Assembly (NCBI GenBank): GCA_951406725.2
Contig: OX597823.1
Span: forward strand, 96,906,001 to 96,970,000
Origin: Octopus vulgaris
Taxonomy: Eukaryota
Direction of reading: 5' to 3'
Length of the DNA stretch: 64,000 bases
This document shows positions 36,452 to 47,955 of the stretch, piece after piece (positions within the stretch are counted from its first letter, which is position 1; the number at the start of each line of letters is the position of its first letter). Made by a program: the position numbers and the translations under genes. The notes under the pieces are model-generated. The model did not search any database and had not been told where the DNA came from. It was given only the letters and a program-made list of their open reading frames with translations.

Positions 36452-36698
36452 CATCAACATCAACACCACCACCACCACCACCATCATCACTATCATCACA
36501 TGTCCATTTACTTTTTATAAACTTGATATTTATGAATATTCTCTTTTCTTTTAATAGCTTGGATTCTTCAAGCGCAATAAAGTCAATCGTGATGAAGACC
36601 AGAAGTCTTTTGCTGCCAGTGAAAAGTTATCAAATGAACCAGAAGAAAATAATGTTGTGCCAGAAAAAAACACAAACTCGGATGACAAATTTTTATAG
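1610..36698 (+). CDS. Integrin alpha subunit, 5'-partial spliced CDS: join(1610-1669,4537-4677,5736-5838,7290-7481,9447-9656,14300-14424,17270-17380,21853-22325,24717-24882,29014-29121,31835-31927,33746-33856,36558-36698), 677 aa in window
   Basis: Manually spliced; every junction is AG/GT and the phases match (2034 nt, no internal stop). Contains FG-GAP repeats with Ca-binding loops (DVNKDGLDD, DIDQDGFID, DVNNDSCPD), SRPV at the propeller end, genu CGDDDKCTTDL, calf-2 NHGPS, a TM helix and GFFKR. Vertebrate orthologue cannot be assigned by eye. Confidence 0.95.
2434..2770 (+). mobile_element. SINE family D (tRNA head, V-domain-like centre); relatives ~12985-13285, 20372-20695, 31320-31605, 46154-46470
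   Basis: TGGCTCAGTGG A box, GAGTTCGAATCC B box, TTGTGTTCTTGAGCAAGA.ACTT central motif. Confidence 0.8.
3325..3690 (-). mobile_element. SINE family E (tRNA head); second copy ~25230-25530 (+)
   Basis: GGAGGCGCAATGGCCCAATGGTTAGGGC...GGTTTCGATTCC head followed by a non-tRNA body shared between the two copies. Confidence 0.75.
4537..4677 (+). CDS. Integrin alpha exon 2, FG-GAP repeat
   Basis: IGSYFGMKLCVADVNKDGLDDLLVGAPM...EGQVIVY; ccag acceptor, gtttgt donor. Confidence 0.95.
5736..5838 (+). CDS. Integrin alpha exon 3, FG-GAP repeat
   Basis: KLQKKLVLFGDKEEGARFGSAMTLIGDIDQDGFI; ttcag acceptor, gtaagc donor. Confidence 0.95.
6960..7287 (+). repeat. CT-rich minisatellite (CTCATCTTTCATCTCTCTCTC-like units) forming an extended polypyrimidine tract
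   Basis: Directly visible; abuts the acceptor of integrin exon 4. Confidence 0.9.
7290..7481 (+). CDS. Integrin alpha exon 4, FG-GAP repeat
   Basis: DIAIGAPYENNQEGAIYIYN...YSQKI...GFGISISDSVDVNNDSCP; phase 1-1. Confidence 0.95.
7753..8318. mobile_element. hAT-type MITE hosting the piggyBac MITE
   Basis: Termini CAGTGTTTCC and GGAATCACTG; 8-bp flanks GTTTAATG and ATTTAATG. Confidence 0.6.
7869..8089. mobile_element. piggyBac-type MITE (TTAA site), nested in a hAT-type MITE; relatives at ~8480-8700, ~16650-17203, ~17772-17970
   Basis: TTAA-CCCTTTCGTTAC...GTAACAAAAGGG-TTAA. Confidence 0.8.
8770..9392 (+). mobile_element. Retroposon family B with internal ~60-bp tandem array and (GAT)n tail; other copies ~15895-16305, 23720-23945, 24110-24315, 34575-34968 (+) and 5250-5610, 16783-17125, 42105-42730, 57730-57995, 62948-63345 (-)
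   Basis: Unit TGGCACGTAAAAAGCACC..., then GGCATTAGGAAGGGCATC.AGCTGTAGAAAC...GACGTTAAAC-(GAT)n. Confidence 0.85.
9447..9656 (+). CDS. Integrin alpha exon 5, end of propeller and start of thigh
   Basis: DFLVGAYLSNQVRLLFSRPV...CPNHGNKAVCFKV; tttcag acceptor, gtaagg donor. Confidence 0.95.
10650..10950 (-). mobile_element. RTE-clade LINE 3' fragment
   Basis: Minus strand WNRTNQTPIDQEILKRKWD*IGHTLRR..ITRQELDWQPEGKRK..AQD..W..IVMALCS. Confidence 0.75.
11777..12075. mobile_element. Penelope-like pLTR remnant with 55-bp perfect inverted repeat and variant hammerhead, inserted in the (TA)n of a SINE
   Basis: Arms 11777-11831 and 11951-12005 are exact reverse complements; hammerhead-like fold on minus 11805-11867; (TA)n on both sides. 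Confidence 0.6.
14300..14424 (+). CDS. Integrin alpha exon 6, thigh
   Basis: DLEGQLATGSQSQMNLSRGVQSFGFKLETGKKLEKEFHIIVK; tttcag acceptor, gtaatt donor; bridges phase 1 to phase 0. Confidence 0.85.
17270..17380 (+). CDS. Integrin alpha exon 7, thigh
   Basis: EHPNIFQPIHITIQMALAKNATCKICPILRTKTFLKK; strong pyrimidine tract, gtaaat donor. Confidence 0.9.
19888..20297. mobile_element. MITE with ~29-bp TIR and 8-bp TSD (Merlin-like GG termini)
   Basis: TIR GGATCTTTTCGGTTTGAACGGCAGTTTTT; TSD CTATTTTC on both sides. Confidence 0.85.
20748..21165 (+). mobile_element. SINE family C with duplicated 3' half; other copies ~14510-14950, 37400-37625, 59388-59600 (+), 15515-15725 (-)
   Basis: GAGTTCAAAT B-box-like motif and GCCTTTCATCCTTTC.GGGTC.ATAAAT.AGTACC central domain; often adjacent to (ATT)n. 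Confidence 0.8.
21853..22325 (+). CDS. Integrin alpha exon 8, genu and calf-1
   Basis: IPFELECGDDDKCTTDLKV...VSNGNNHAYN...CTLGNPL...NNKITIKI; ends phase 2 at gtaagg. Confidence 0.95.
24717..24882 (+). CDS. Integrin alpha exon 9, calf-2
   Basis: (G)NSNPDLL...VTHVLAIYNHGPSPLFGVTLNVTLP; ccttag acceptor, gtaagg donor. Confidence 0.93.
25008..26266. repeat. ~200-bp inverted repeat pair (~25008-25215 and ~26056-26266)
   Basis: Core ACTCCGTTAACCAATTTATCGGTCAGCCG...GGTCAAACAATT has its exact reverse complement in the right arm. Confidence 0.85.
25541..25967. mobile_element. Second copy of the same MITE, opposite orientation
   Basis: Same TIR; flanks AAAGTAAA and AAAATAAA; body is the reverse complement of 19888-20297. 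Confidence 0.85.
29014..29121 (+). CDS. Integrin alpha exon 10, calf-2
   Basis: NPSCPTSFDWQTISKGSNRQVKIVFIVNEKIHSVKK; tttcag acceptor, gtatgt donor; phase 0-0. Confidence 0.8.
29181..29252 (+). repeat. Perfect 36-bp tandem duplication
   Basis: TAGAACATTAACATGAGATTAACTCTTAGTTTCCTG twice. Confidence 0.9.
30290..30820 (-). mobile_element. Possible highly decayed Penelope-like 3' end
   Basis: Frameshifted traces resembling the C-terminal C..LC..E...LN...C.H region after GIY-YIG, then an AT-rich UTR ending at (TA)n; a similar stretch lies at ~62280-62940 (-). Confidence 0.3.
31004..31225. mobile_element. piggyBac-type MITE, same family
   Basis: TTAA-CCCTTTCATTAC...GTAACGAAAGGG-TTAA; body matches 7869-8089. 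Confidence 0.8.
31835..31927 (+). CDS. Integrin alpha exon 11, calf-2
   Basis: DLKYLETKAILARKDHRLYIADKNQWPWKIS; tttcag acceptor, gtaagg donor; phase 0-0. Confidence 0.8.
33746..33856 (+). CDS. Integrin alpha exon 12, transmembrane helix
   Basis: VQTAFQIEQEPIAWWIILLCILGGIFILALFIVLCWW; acag acceptor, gtaagt donor. Confidence 0.95.
34085..35246 (-). mobile_element. Decayed Tc1/mariner-superfamily (maT/DD37D-like) transposon, internally deleted and interrupted by a repeat at ~34575-34968
   Basis: Minus terminus TA-CAGGGTGTTTGG; QQDLAPCHT..WLSENF..FWTSNS...MDYYVW (degenerate WPPNSPDLNPLDY). Confidence 0.75.
36558..36698 (+). CDS. Integrin alpha last coding exon, cytoplasmic tail
   Basis: LGFFKRNKVNRDEDQKSF...SDDKFL-stop (TAG 36696-36698); GFFKR is the alpha-integrin hallmark. 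Confidence 0.97.
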   Translation, partial: LGFFKRNKVNRDEDQKSFAASEKLSNEPEENNVVPEKNTNSDDKFL

Positions 36699-37649
36699 CC
36701 TTATACTCATTATTTAAATTAATGTGTATATTGTGTGTACGTGTGTGTGTACGCTGCGTTTTAAGTACATGGTTGGCAGTGTGTGTATATGTCTGTATTG
36801 GTGTGTGTGTGTTTGAATGAGAATTGGAGCGATGAGGATGGTGGTGTGTGTGGTGGGGTCTATTATCTTTTCTGAGATAATTTGGAACAATCTCAACTCT
36901 GTAAAATTATATTCCATTTCAAAAAGAATTATGTCTGTTACCAAATAAGAATGTAAGGATGTGTATTACAAAGAAAAAAAGTAAAAATGCAGTTAGAATT
37001 TAAAGAGAAAGAGGAGAGAAACGTATGTGTGTGTGTTAACATGTATATGAATATGAAATCATAACAATAGTAATATTAATAATTTTTTTTATAAAACTTT
37101 TGCCTTCATTTAAAAAAAATAGGGAAATATTAATTTAAAATTGCTTTTTAAATATTTATTTACCAATTGTTTCCAAAAATATTTTATCTGTGACAGAACC
37201 CATTCCTTAAATGACTTGAAAATTCTTCATCATTATCATTATTAATTGGCAGTATTGTTAGCGCGCTTGAGTTCCAGTCCTGTCGAGGTCAACTTTGCCT
37301 TTCACCCTTAGGGGGCAATAAAATAAGTACCAGTCAAGTTCTGGGGTCAATATAATTGATTTCCCACTCCCCTCGGAAAACTGCTGGCCCTGTACCAAAT
37401 ATTTGAAACCATCACTAAGGCAGCAAGCTTTTACAGTTGCCTGCAAACAGGACGAAATGCTCAGTGGCCTGTCTTAATGTTCTGAGTTCAAATTCTGCTG
37501 AGGTTGACTTTGCTTTTCATCTTTTGAAGGTTGATAGAACGAGTATCAGTCAAGCACTGGGAATGATGTAATCAACTATCCCCACTCCCTCAAAATTTCA
37601 GGCCACGTGACTATAGTAGAAAGGATTCTTATTATAATTACTATTATCA

Positions 37650-39530
37650 TTCTGAAAGACTCTCAGTTCTTAATTATTGGTTGTTCTTTACTTGAAAGCT
37701 GGCAATAACAAATCATCAAAGGCTTCCCTTTAGTGCCTTCTCCTGTGACTCAAAGAGACAATAATCTCCTTAGAATTCAAGCTGTACCCAGCAGTGCTCT
37801 CTTCTGGATCACTTCGAGCCTAACAGCAGCTCCGATATTCTTAATATGTTTTTCAAAACCCTTGGAAACTGCTCCTAATGCTCCAATTACCACTGGTATC
37901 ACTATTACTTTCTTCATGCCCCATAACTTTCCTATCTCGTTCCACAGTGGCTGGTATTTCTCAATCTTTTCTGTTTCCTTACATTTCACCCTCGAATCAC
38001 CTGGTATTGCAACACCTATTATATTTGCCTCTTTTTCATCTTTATGGATAATCACGATATCTGGTCATCTTGTCTCTATGATTTGGTTGCACTGCATGTT
38101 AAAATCCCAGCGTATTTTGCAATGTTCATTTTCGATTACTTCCTCTGGCTTATATTCTTATCACTGTTTGGCTCTCTCGTGATTTGCTTTACTGCACAAC
38201 AGCAAGTGGACATATCTGGCCACATTGTCGTGTCTCCTTTTGTATTTGTGTTGTACAAACTTACAGCACTCACTAACAATATAGTTTATACTTTCTATCT
38301 TCTTAGAGCACATCCTACTCTATGGCAAGCCAGTGCTTTTATTAATGTGATGCTTGGAGTAGTTTATTCTAAGAGTTTGTTCTTGAGTGATGCATGCTAA
38401 TACCTCAGTGGGCCCTTTTAAGTCTCCTTTCTGCAGACATTGCCTGGTTCTATTCCAATCAATCTCATCTTTATTCTTCAAGAACTGACTGTGCATTTTC
38501 TTGTCCTGCCAAATTTTCTTCATCTTCTCACTCTGGTCTTTCTTAAATTGTGTTGGATCTACGGCTTTGTTCACTTTTAAAGTTCCCTGCATTTTCACTG
38601 CTTCAATCATTTCTTCTTTACTCCCTTGACATACCAAGCCAGGCTATTCTCCTCTTCCCTTACACAACCTTCACAACACACCAATCCCCGTCCTCTATCT
38701 CTCCTCTTTACATATAATCTTGACGCGTTGCTGTTGGAATGTAGTTCCTTGTTCATTGTCATTGAGTTACATGTTCTCCACTCTATCTCTTGTAATTCAT
38801 TCTTCTTCCAAGATACTATTCCTGTGCTATATCTCATCAAAGCAACCGCCCATGTGTTAATTGCTCTAATCTTATAGCTGCCATTTAGCTTCGATTGGAA
38901 CACAAGCCAAGTTCTCCTTTAATGCTCTTTCCTGGACATGTCTTTCATCTTGTGTTCAATCATCTTATCTTTTTCAATGACACCCAGGTACTTATATGCT
39001 TCCTCTCTGACTTTCTTTACAGCTTCACCACTTTCCAGCTTGATCCCATGGCTTTTACTGATTTTCCCCCTTTCGAGAATCATTACACCACATTTCTCAA
39101 TCCCAAATTCCATCCCAATATCTTTGCTAATCATCTGCACAGTTGCCACTAAACTCTCAATTTCCTTCTCAGTCTTAGCAAATAGCTTTAGGTCATCCAT
39201 AAACCACAGGTTGTTTACTTTCACCCTGCCTAGCATGTACCCCACACGCAGCTTTCTTAAAACACTGGTTAGTGGCAGTATGCAGACAACAAATAGGAGA
39301 GGCGACAGACTGTCCTCTTGAAAGATTCCTCTTTTGATATTTACCTCTCCCAGATTATCTCCCCATGTTGTGAGTTCAGTTCGCCACATTGCCATTGAGT
39401 TTTGTATTAACTTCAGGATATTACGGGAGACTTTAAGCAGTTTAAGGCATTCAATAATCCACGAATGTTGGACCATGTCATAAGCTTTCCTGTAGTCCAC
39501 CCATGCCATTGCCAAATTTTTGTGTCTCTT
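37650..39530 (-). mobile_element. 5'-truncated R4/Dong-clade non-LTR retrotransposon (RT plus restriction-like endonuclease), frameshifted
   Basis: WVDYRKAYDMVQHSWI, GIFQEDSLSPLLF, FMDDLKLFA, YKYLG, RLYVKRRDRGRGL, then IIGVAIPGD..EKIEKYQPL..IPVVIGALG; 3' end next to a TAA-like tract. Confidence 0.9.
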
Positions 39531-40072
39531 TCAGGAAGGGCATCCGGCCGTAGAAAACTTGCCAAACGCATAGCGCTGCGTATATATTTGTAATTGATCC
39601 TTCATTCCTCCGCTCTTACTGTTCCACTGGTAGTAGGTCGTTCTCATCTAGGTACTTATAGATGCTGTTCGATATGATGGCTGTCATCAGTTTCCACATC
39701 AGTGGCAAACAAGATATTGGTTGGAAATTTCCAACTACATTCCCTTTATTTGGCTCCTACTGGCATAGTACTGTTCTTCCTTTTGTCATCCAAGCCAGTA
39801 CTTGGATGTCAATGTTCAGTATTTCGTTCAGCTGTCTTGATCATGATTATTATTATTATCATTATTATCATCATCATCACCATCATCATGATCAAGCAGT
39901 GAGCTGTCAGAATCATTTGTACATTGGACAGAATGCTTAGCAGCATTTCTTCCAGCTTTGTGTTCTGAATTCGATGAAATAAATACCAGCTGAGGACTGG
40001 AACCGATGTAACTGACTTATCCCCACCCACGAAATTTCAGGCCATGTGCCAATAGTAGAAAAAGTTATTATT

Positions 40073-40120
<48 letters not shown>

Positions 40121-41245
40121 TATTTCATTAACCACTCAATGAGAATTTAGAATGCTTTTCACTATAAATATTTCTGCCCAAATCTCTTTGCCTTCATTTA
40201 AATAAAAACAGAACAAATGTTTTTTAGTCGATGCCAATAAGGATGTGAAGATACCAACTTCACTCAAAGATTTTTTCCTTTTTTTTTCCACCCCCTTACT
40301 AGTGTGCAGTTTAAGTACAAAAAAATTTTAAAGCGTAACTCTAGGCCTCTTTTATGTCAATTTTTTTATATTTCTTTTTTTAAAAAAAAAAACAAAAGGG
40401 AAACCATTATTTTTGTAATTAAAACAAAAATAAGCTTAAATTTTCTTGTTTTATTTTTGTATAAATACATTTTTCAAAACTTTTGGTATTTATTCTTTCT
40501 TTTCTTTTTTTAATGTATTTAATATTTATTTCATTATGTGCAACAGAAGCTGTATTAAATTAAATAAGCCATATGTGTATCATACTTAATGCAAATACAT
40601 CATGGCAAGCCAAATTACCTGCAGCATATATTTTTGTGTTATTTAACGCAGGATGTGCAAAAGAGACATTATTTTCAGACAAATGCCACTTTTAGTTTGG
40701 CCATCCACGATGTAGTGGCACTAAGTATGACACATGGATTGCTAATCTAATATATACTTCTTTGGATGTTGTTGTTGTTGTTGTTTAGTCCAGGTCAGCT
40801 TCAAATGAGTGGACCCTGAATGTCAGTATATTCAATGGAGAATTTGGTATGAAATGGTTTCATATTATGTCCTTGAGCAAGACACTTTATTTCACATTGC
40901 TCCAGTCCACTAAACTGGCAAAAATGAGTTGTACCAGTAATTCTGTGTCACGCTGAATCTCCCTGAGAACTATTTTAAGGGTACACATGTCTGTGGAATA
41001 CTCAACCAACTTGCTTTTACTCTTTTACTTGTTTCAGTCATTTGACTGTGGCCATGCTGGAGCAACGCCTTTAGTCGAGCAAATTGACCCCCAGGATTTA
41101 TTCTTTGTAAGCCTGGTACTTATTCTATTGGTCTTGTTTGCCGAACCGCTAAGTTACGGGGACGTAAGCACACCAGCATCAGTTGTCAAGCAATGTTGGT
41201 GGTGGGGACAAATACAGATACACAAATATATACACATACACGCAA

Positions 41246-41278
<33 letters not shown>

Positions 41279-43720
41279 TACGATGGGCTTCTTTCAGTTT
41301 CTGTCTACCAAATCCACTCACAAGGCTTTGGTCAGCCTGAGGCCATGGTAGAAGACACTTGCCCAAGGTGCCACGCAGTGGGACTGAACCCGGAACCATG
41401 TGGTTCGTAAGCAAGCTACTTACCGCACAGCCACTAGCTACTTAAAACAATATGTTGCTTGGTTATCTTTCATACGGGTCATATCACTGCCAACCCAGCG
41501 ACTTCACAAGTTTCTTTTGGAGGTTTACACCCATGTTCCTGTTTCATAAGAAGGTTGTTCTTTTGATTGGATCGGTTGGAACCTCGTCATTTTTTTTCGT
41601 GGTATAAAAACAGGGGTTTGTAAAAGCTCTACCTCAGCATATTTTTAAAAATCCTAATTGTTGGGGCAGCTATGCTGGAGTTCCAGAATTCTCTGTGTTT
41701 GGAAGTTTTATGTAAGGCGCTGCATTCTTGATAAATGTTTCAACAGCAAATAAGCATTGGGCATTAATTTAAATCACGATGGTAACTGTCAAAAAGAGAA
41801 AGAAAGAAAGAAAATGGTAAAACATTAGTCAACAAAGGCAAAAAAAAGAAAAGAAACAGAACCTGTCAAAGAGCTGCAGAGTTATTTCCAAACTAGGAAG
41901 AATGGTCTGAGAGACAAAGGACCAAAGATCTATAGATCAATATTATTTGGAATCTGACTGTACTCAATATGTAGGAAAAACATAGGAAGAAATTCAGTAT
42001 TGTGTTCTTGATGCAAATAATGGTTGTAAATGAAGCACAGTGGAATCACTGGAAGACCAGGATATCAGGATGCATAGAGCTTATCATACACGGAATATAT
42101 TTGTACATCATCATCATCATCATCGTTTAACGTTTGCTTTCCATGCTAGCATGGGTTGGATGAATGACTGAGGGCTGGTGAACCAGATGGCTTCAATCTT
42201 GATCTGGCAGAGTTTCTACAGCTGGATGCCCTTCCTAATGCCAACCACTCCGAGAGTGTAGTGGGTACTTTTATGTACCACCGGCACTGGGACCAGTCAG
42301 GTGGCACTGGCAACGATCTCGCTCGAATCATTTACACATGCCACCGGCATGGGTGCCAGTAAGGCGATGCTGGTAACGATCACGCTCGAATAGTGTCTTT
42401 TACGTGCCACCAGCACGGAGGCCAGATAGCCGCTCTGGCAACGATCATGCTCAGATGGTGCTCTTAATACCCTACTAGCACGGGGCTCGAGTACCAGTAA
42501 GGCGAGGCTGGTAACGATCATGCTCGAATGGTGCCTTTTAAGTGCCACTGGCACTGAAGCCGGTTAGCCGCTCTGTCAATGATCACACTTGTATGGTGCT
42601 CTTTGCACCCTGCTAGCATGGACCCCAGTCATCAAATTTGATTTTGATTTTTGATTTCACTTGCCTCAACAGGTCTTCGCAAGCAAAGTTTTAGTGTCCA
42701 AAGAAGGAAAAGGTACGCATAAGTGGGCTCTGTAACGCCCCTGAAGGCAAATGGTCCAGGGTTTAGGGTGCTGCATTCATGATTGTACGTTCATTGTTCT
42801 GATACTTGGACGCATTGTGTTCTTGAGCAAAATACTTCATTTCACATTGCCGCAGCCCACTCAGCTGCAAATGGGTCACCCATTGCAGGCTACCCATTTA
42901 CGTAGGCTTGGAAATGGGGTGCAGTGGGTGAAAGTGCACCCCATAAAATTTTGAGAGGTGCAATGAAAACGTTTTGAGCATCCTCTGTTGGGCCTGGTTT
43001 TGTTCCCACCAGGCAAATTTCATTCCAGTGCTCAGGTCTATGTAAATGAGTTCCAGCAATAGTAGGGGAAATTAATCCTGCAATGGACTGGTGTCCTGCT
43101 CCAAGGGTGTATTGTAATATCAGCCATGGAAACTGGATTATATTGTGGCCTTCTGAGTCCCAGGGCCTCGGACAGGTCTGAGTAAGTGGAATAGTTGTCA
43201 ACAAAGGTGGGACTATGAAATGCACTCCATACATGACACAAGCGTCTTAGTTGATGCAGGAGAGACATTTTGTTATCCAGGTGAGCTAATTAGGGCTGGA
43301 GGTGGTTGTGAGGTAAGTTTAGTAAGTCTAGGTGCAGGCATGGATGTGCGGTTCAGAAGCTTTCTTTGCAACCCTGTTGCTTCAGGTTCAGGCCTACTGC
43401 AAGGCAGTCTGGACAAGTGTCTCCTCCCCCAGGACAACCAATGCTCTGTGGGTAGATTTGATAGACAGAAACTATGGGGAAACATTGTGTATGTGTGTGC
43501 ATACACACACATGTATAGACAAACACACACACACACATATATAGGGGACAGTAGAGACAAACACGCACACATTCATATATGTGTGTGTATATATGTATAC
43601 ATATAATTATCTATATATATATATATATATATAATAATATTATTAGGGAGTATAACTTCAAACTTACAGGGAAAAATTCAATTTAGTATTAAATCAAATT
43701 TCACAATATAAATATATAAA

Positions 43721-44002
43721 ATATGAATTAGAGATAAAAGCACTATTATGCAACTCAAACAGTGATAGACATAAACCAATACATAAGTAACCATTATATA
43801 TATATAATTAATATAATATATAAAATATATTTATATATATATTTTTTAGATTATATTATAAAAATAAATAAAATTAAATATATATATATATAAATATATT
43901 TTATATATTATATTAATTATATATATTATTTGTTATTTATGTATTGGTTTATGTCTATCACTGTTTGAGTTGCATAATAGTGGTTTTATCTCTAATTCAT
44001 AT
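43721..44002. repeat. AT-rich palindrome with ~120-bp arms
   Basis: Outer 71 bp of the arms differ at only 2 positions; inner AT tracts also complementary. Confidence 0.85.
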
Positions 44003-45173
44003 ATGCTGCACAAGTTGTCTTGGGAGAAGAAATTCTCCTTATAGACAAGATGAGTGTCAACACAGCACCAGGTCGTCATGGATGACATTGCAGGATTGTA
44101 GGACACATGCGTTTCTGTTTCGGTACATTTCATTAACTTTATATACCAAGTTGTTGTTCATGGTTATAAGAACTGGTTGCTCATATATTAGAATAACAAA
44201 TGGTACATTTAGTATATTGGAGCGCAAAAAGCTTTGTCAAGCTGGAATTAATTAAAGATGCACTAAGCAACATTTCGTGTTGCTCCAGTCCACTCAGCTG
44301 ATAAAAATGAGTAACCTTGCAACAGGTGGCAGATTCTGTAATGCCAAAGAAACCAGTCCTAGGCTCCTTACAAAATAACATGAACAAACCATAAGCAGCA
44401 TCAAATGCCATACAGTTATGTACAATCATATCTAACATGTTTGAATATACACAAACATGTTAAATATAATTGTACACACTAGTATACTTATTTTTTTTGT
44501 AATGGTTTAGCGTTGAAGGAGGGTATGTCCAATAATGACCCTCAGAGTCTCTCTGAGATTGAAGATGTTTGATGCTTTGAACAACTGCAAGAAGATGGCC
44601 ATATGAAACACACGAGAGAGATGAAAATTACAGAAGGATAACATTCTGGGGAGGAAGGACTGGGATAAAGTAGTTTGTGTCGGACCTGGAGAATGGACAC
44701 GATATGGTTGTTGAAAAATTAAAAGTATCGTTCGTTTTCAAGGAACAGAAGCCTTGTAATAATAAAAGAAGAAGGAAGAATGAAGAGAAGGTATACTTGT
44801 AGTTGCAGGCTAATTATATCCTATGTGGTTCCATTTAGATATTTACCAAAATATTGGTATTTTAGAAAATGTTTATCTGACATCCTATTAAGGATGCCTT
44901 CTCGTATGTCCGGCTGTTTTCCTAGAAATTCATTCTAATGTTTAATATTCTACGAACAAAAAAATTGAGGTACAAATTTTTTATCAGTGACAGAAAAAAG
45001 AGAAAGGAAGGAAAGAAAGAAAAAAAATGTGTGCATTGAATTCTAGAGTACAGAGTACAAGTAAACCTGGAAATGCTAAGATAAATATGGTGTGTCTCAT
45101 TCCATGTTAAAACCTGATTTTTGACATCTGCATTTTAAAAATAAATATGGTAAGTGAAAAAATAGTAACAAGT

Positions 45174-45214
<41 letters not shown>

Positions 45215-45859
45215 TAGTAGTAGTAGTTGTTATTGTTGTTGTTGTTGTTGTTTAGTTCCAAGTCAGATCTGAACTAACAATCTTAGGACAAAAAGAGTTC
45301 CAGCCATTGTGATCTCATTTTTTTTCCTTTAGACTACATTATATAATCTGTCCTTTTTGTAAGAGAGTGAGGGATATCAGGGATTTATTTCTAGCAGGCT
45401 ACATTTTCAGTGACAGTACATGAAATAACATGCAAATGCTGGAACAGGAACAGACATGTCCTTAGACAAGATCAAGAGAGCAATTGTCTGGTGGCACTAA
45501 AATGGCAGTCTTTGGGGGGGGAGGAGAACAACAGGGAACCCTAAAATCACACGGTGAAGGACGATTGACAAGGAAAGGGGACAAGAAAGGTGGAGAAGCT
45601 GGAATGACACTAGAACAATGGCAGAAAACAGAGGTGATTGTAGAGATCATGTTGCAACTTTATGTACCTCGTGGCATGGAGAGGTGTAACAAGCTAATTA
45701 ACACCAACAGGTAATAATTCCTATGGTGCATGGAGAACATCAAGAACCCACACCATGACATTTCCATTGATTATTATGTCTCTGATAGATCTGAACATGA
45801 AGATCTGGCCAGTGTTGTCTTTTATCTTTTATCAATAGAGAACATCTCCTTCTTTTGGC

Positions 45860-46111
45860 CAATGGTTCTCAACTGGGTCCTTATGACCCTTGGGGTCCAC
45901 ATAAGATTTTGTTGTTAAAATTTAGTAGCAATAAGTTGTTTATACCTCTTTAATACACTAAGTATTTCAACATTTTTTATACACTTCCTCATAAATATTT
46001 CATTATAAAAATATAATGGGATTTTTTTAAACATTGACTGCTTATTAGGGTCCAGTAGAATAAAATAGGAACCAACAGGCTCCATAGAAAAAGAATGGTT
46101 GAGAACCACTA
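45860..46111. mobile_element. hAT (Charlie-like) MITE
   Basis: Termini CAATGGTTCTCAAC and GTTGAGAACCACTA; degenerate 8-bp flanks. Confidence 0.6.
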
Positions 46112-46947
46112 CTTTAGACGATGTGTGTTTATAACATGGGATTCTTCAGTGTGGAGGTGCATGGCTTCGTGGTTAGGGTATTCAGCTCATTACTGTAAGG
46201 TCATGAGTTCGATTCCTAGTAATATGTTGTGTCCTTGAGCAAGACACTTCATTTCACCTTGCTCCAGTCCCCTCAGCTGGCCAAAATAAATTGTACCTAT
46301 ATTTCAAAGGGCCAGCCTGGTCACATTTTGGATCATGCTAAATCTTCCTGAGATCTACATTAAGGGTACACATGTCTGTGGGGTGCTCAGCCACTTGCAC
46401 ATTAATTTCATGAGAAGGCTGTTCTATTGATCGAATCAGTTGGAACCCTTGTCATCGTAACCAACAGAATATAAGAAAGAAAAAAAAGAAAAAACAAGAA
46501 AACAAAAGGATTTTTGTGACCTCATGGTGTCACGGCCCTATTGTGTCACTCCAATGTCAAACCACAGTGGACCAATGCATGGTGATGTCTGCCAGACAGA
46601 TAAGGATTTATGTGATGCAAGCAGAACAGTGAGAAGCCAAACAATGGTTATTTTCATGAATTTCTTTAATTCGTATCATTGTTGCTGCTGTGTAGGCAAA
46701 CATGACACTTATGGTATACTCTTTTTTTTTACTCTTTTACTTATTTCAGTCATTTGACTGTGGCCATGCTGGAGCACCACCTTGAATCGAGCAAATTTTT
46801 TTGTAAGCATAGTACATATTCTATCAGTCTCTTTTGCTGAACTGCTAAGTTACGGGGACGTAAACACACCAGCATCGGTTGTCAAGCGATGTTGGAGGGA
46901 CAAAAACAGACACACAAACATATACACACACATACATATATATATAT

Positions 46948-46980
<33 letters not shown>

Positions 46981-47955
46981 CACACACATATATATGATGG
47001 GCTTCTTTCAGTTTCTGTCAACCAAATCCACTCACAAGGCTTTGGTCGACCTCAGGCTATAGTAGAAGACACTTGCCCAAGGTACCACACAGTGGGACTG
47101 AACCTAGAACCATGTGGTTGGTAAGCAAGCTACTTACCACACAGCCACTCCTATGCCTATGGTATGTTGGCTGTTGGTCAAATAAAGCATGACTTAGAGA
47201 TGTCTTGCTCCAGACATCCTCTGCCTCTGATCAGCTGCCTGCCTACTTCATGCTCCAACAAACAGGGTTGAATCATATACGATGCAGTTTGACAATCTGC
47301 ACATGTTGCACTCTCACCTGACTCAGTCTCCTTCTCTGCTTATAAATCCTGGATGAGATAGCCTTGGTCACACTGCAGCTGCTGTTGTTCTATTTACTTA
47401 AGTTTAACAACGTTTCCCAGCGCAGTTCTTGGCATTGGTCAGTGATCCTTTCCACCATTGCTCAACTAAAATTAGCAACTAAATCTCCTCCAACATTCAC
47501 CTTATGCTTTATTTAAAGCCAATGAACCATCATCATCATCATCATCATCAAATATATCAATTTATGCATTAATATAGAAATGGAGAAAATTAATGAGATG
47601 GGTAATATCTATGAATCCCACCATTACTTTCTCCCATACTGCTGTATTATCCCAAGAAAATGTTGGTACTATAGTGCTAAACAGGGTAGCGTTTTCTTCA
47701 GACATATCATCATCACCACTAACATCAACATCAACACCAACACTACCATTAACAACAACAATGACACCAAGACCATCATCATTATTGTCATCTTTTAACA
47801 ACCCTCTTCCATGATGTCATGCGCTGGATGGTTTACAGGAACTGACAGGTCTAAGGTCGACATTGTCCTCCAATGTCTGCTTTGGCATCGTTTCTAAGAT
47901 CAAGCCCTTCACAGAGTGTACTGGGTGTTTTTTTTTTTTTGTTTTTTTTTGTCAT

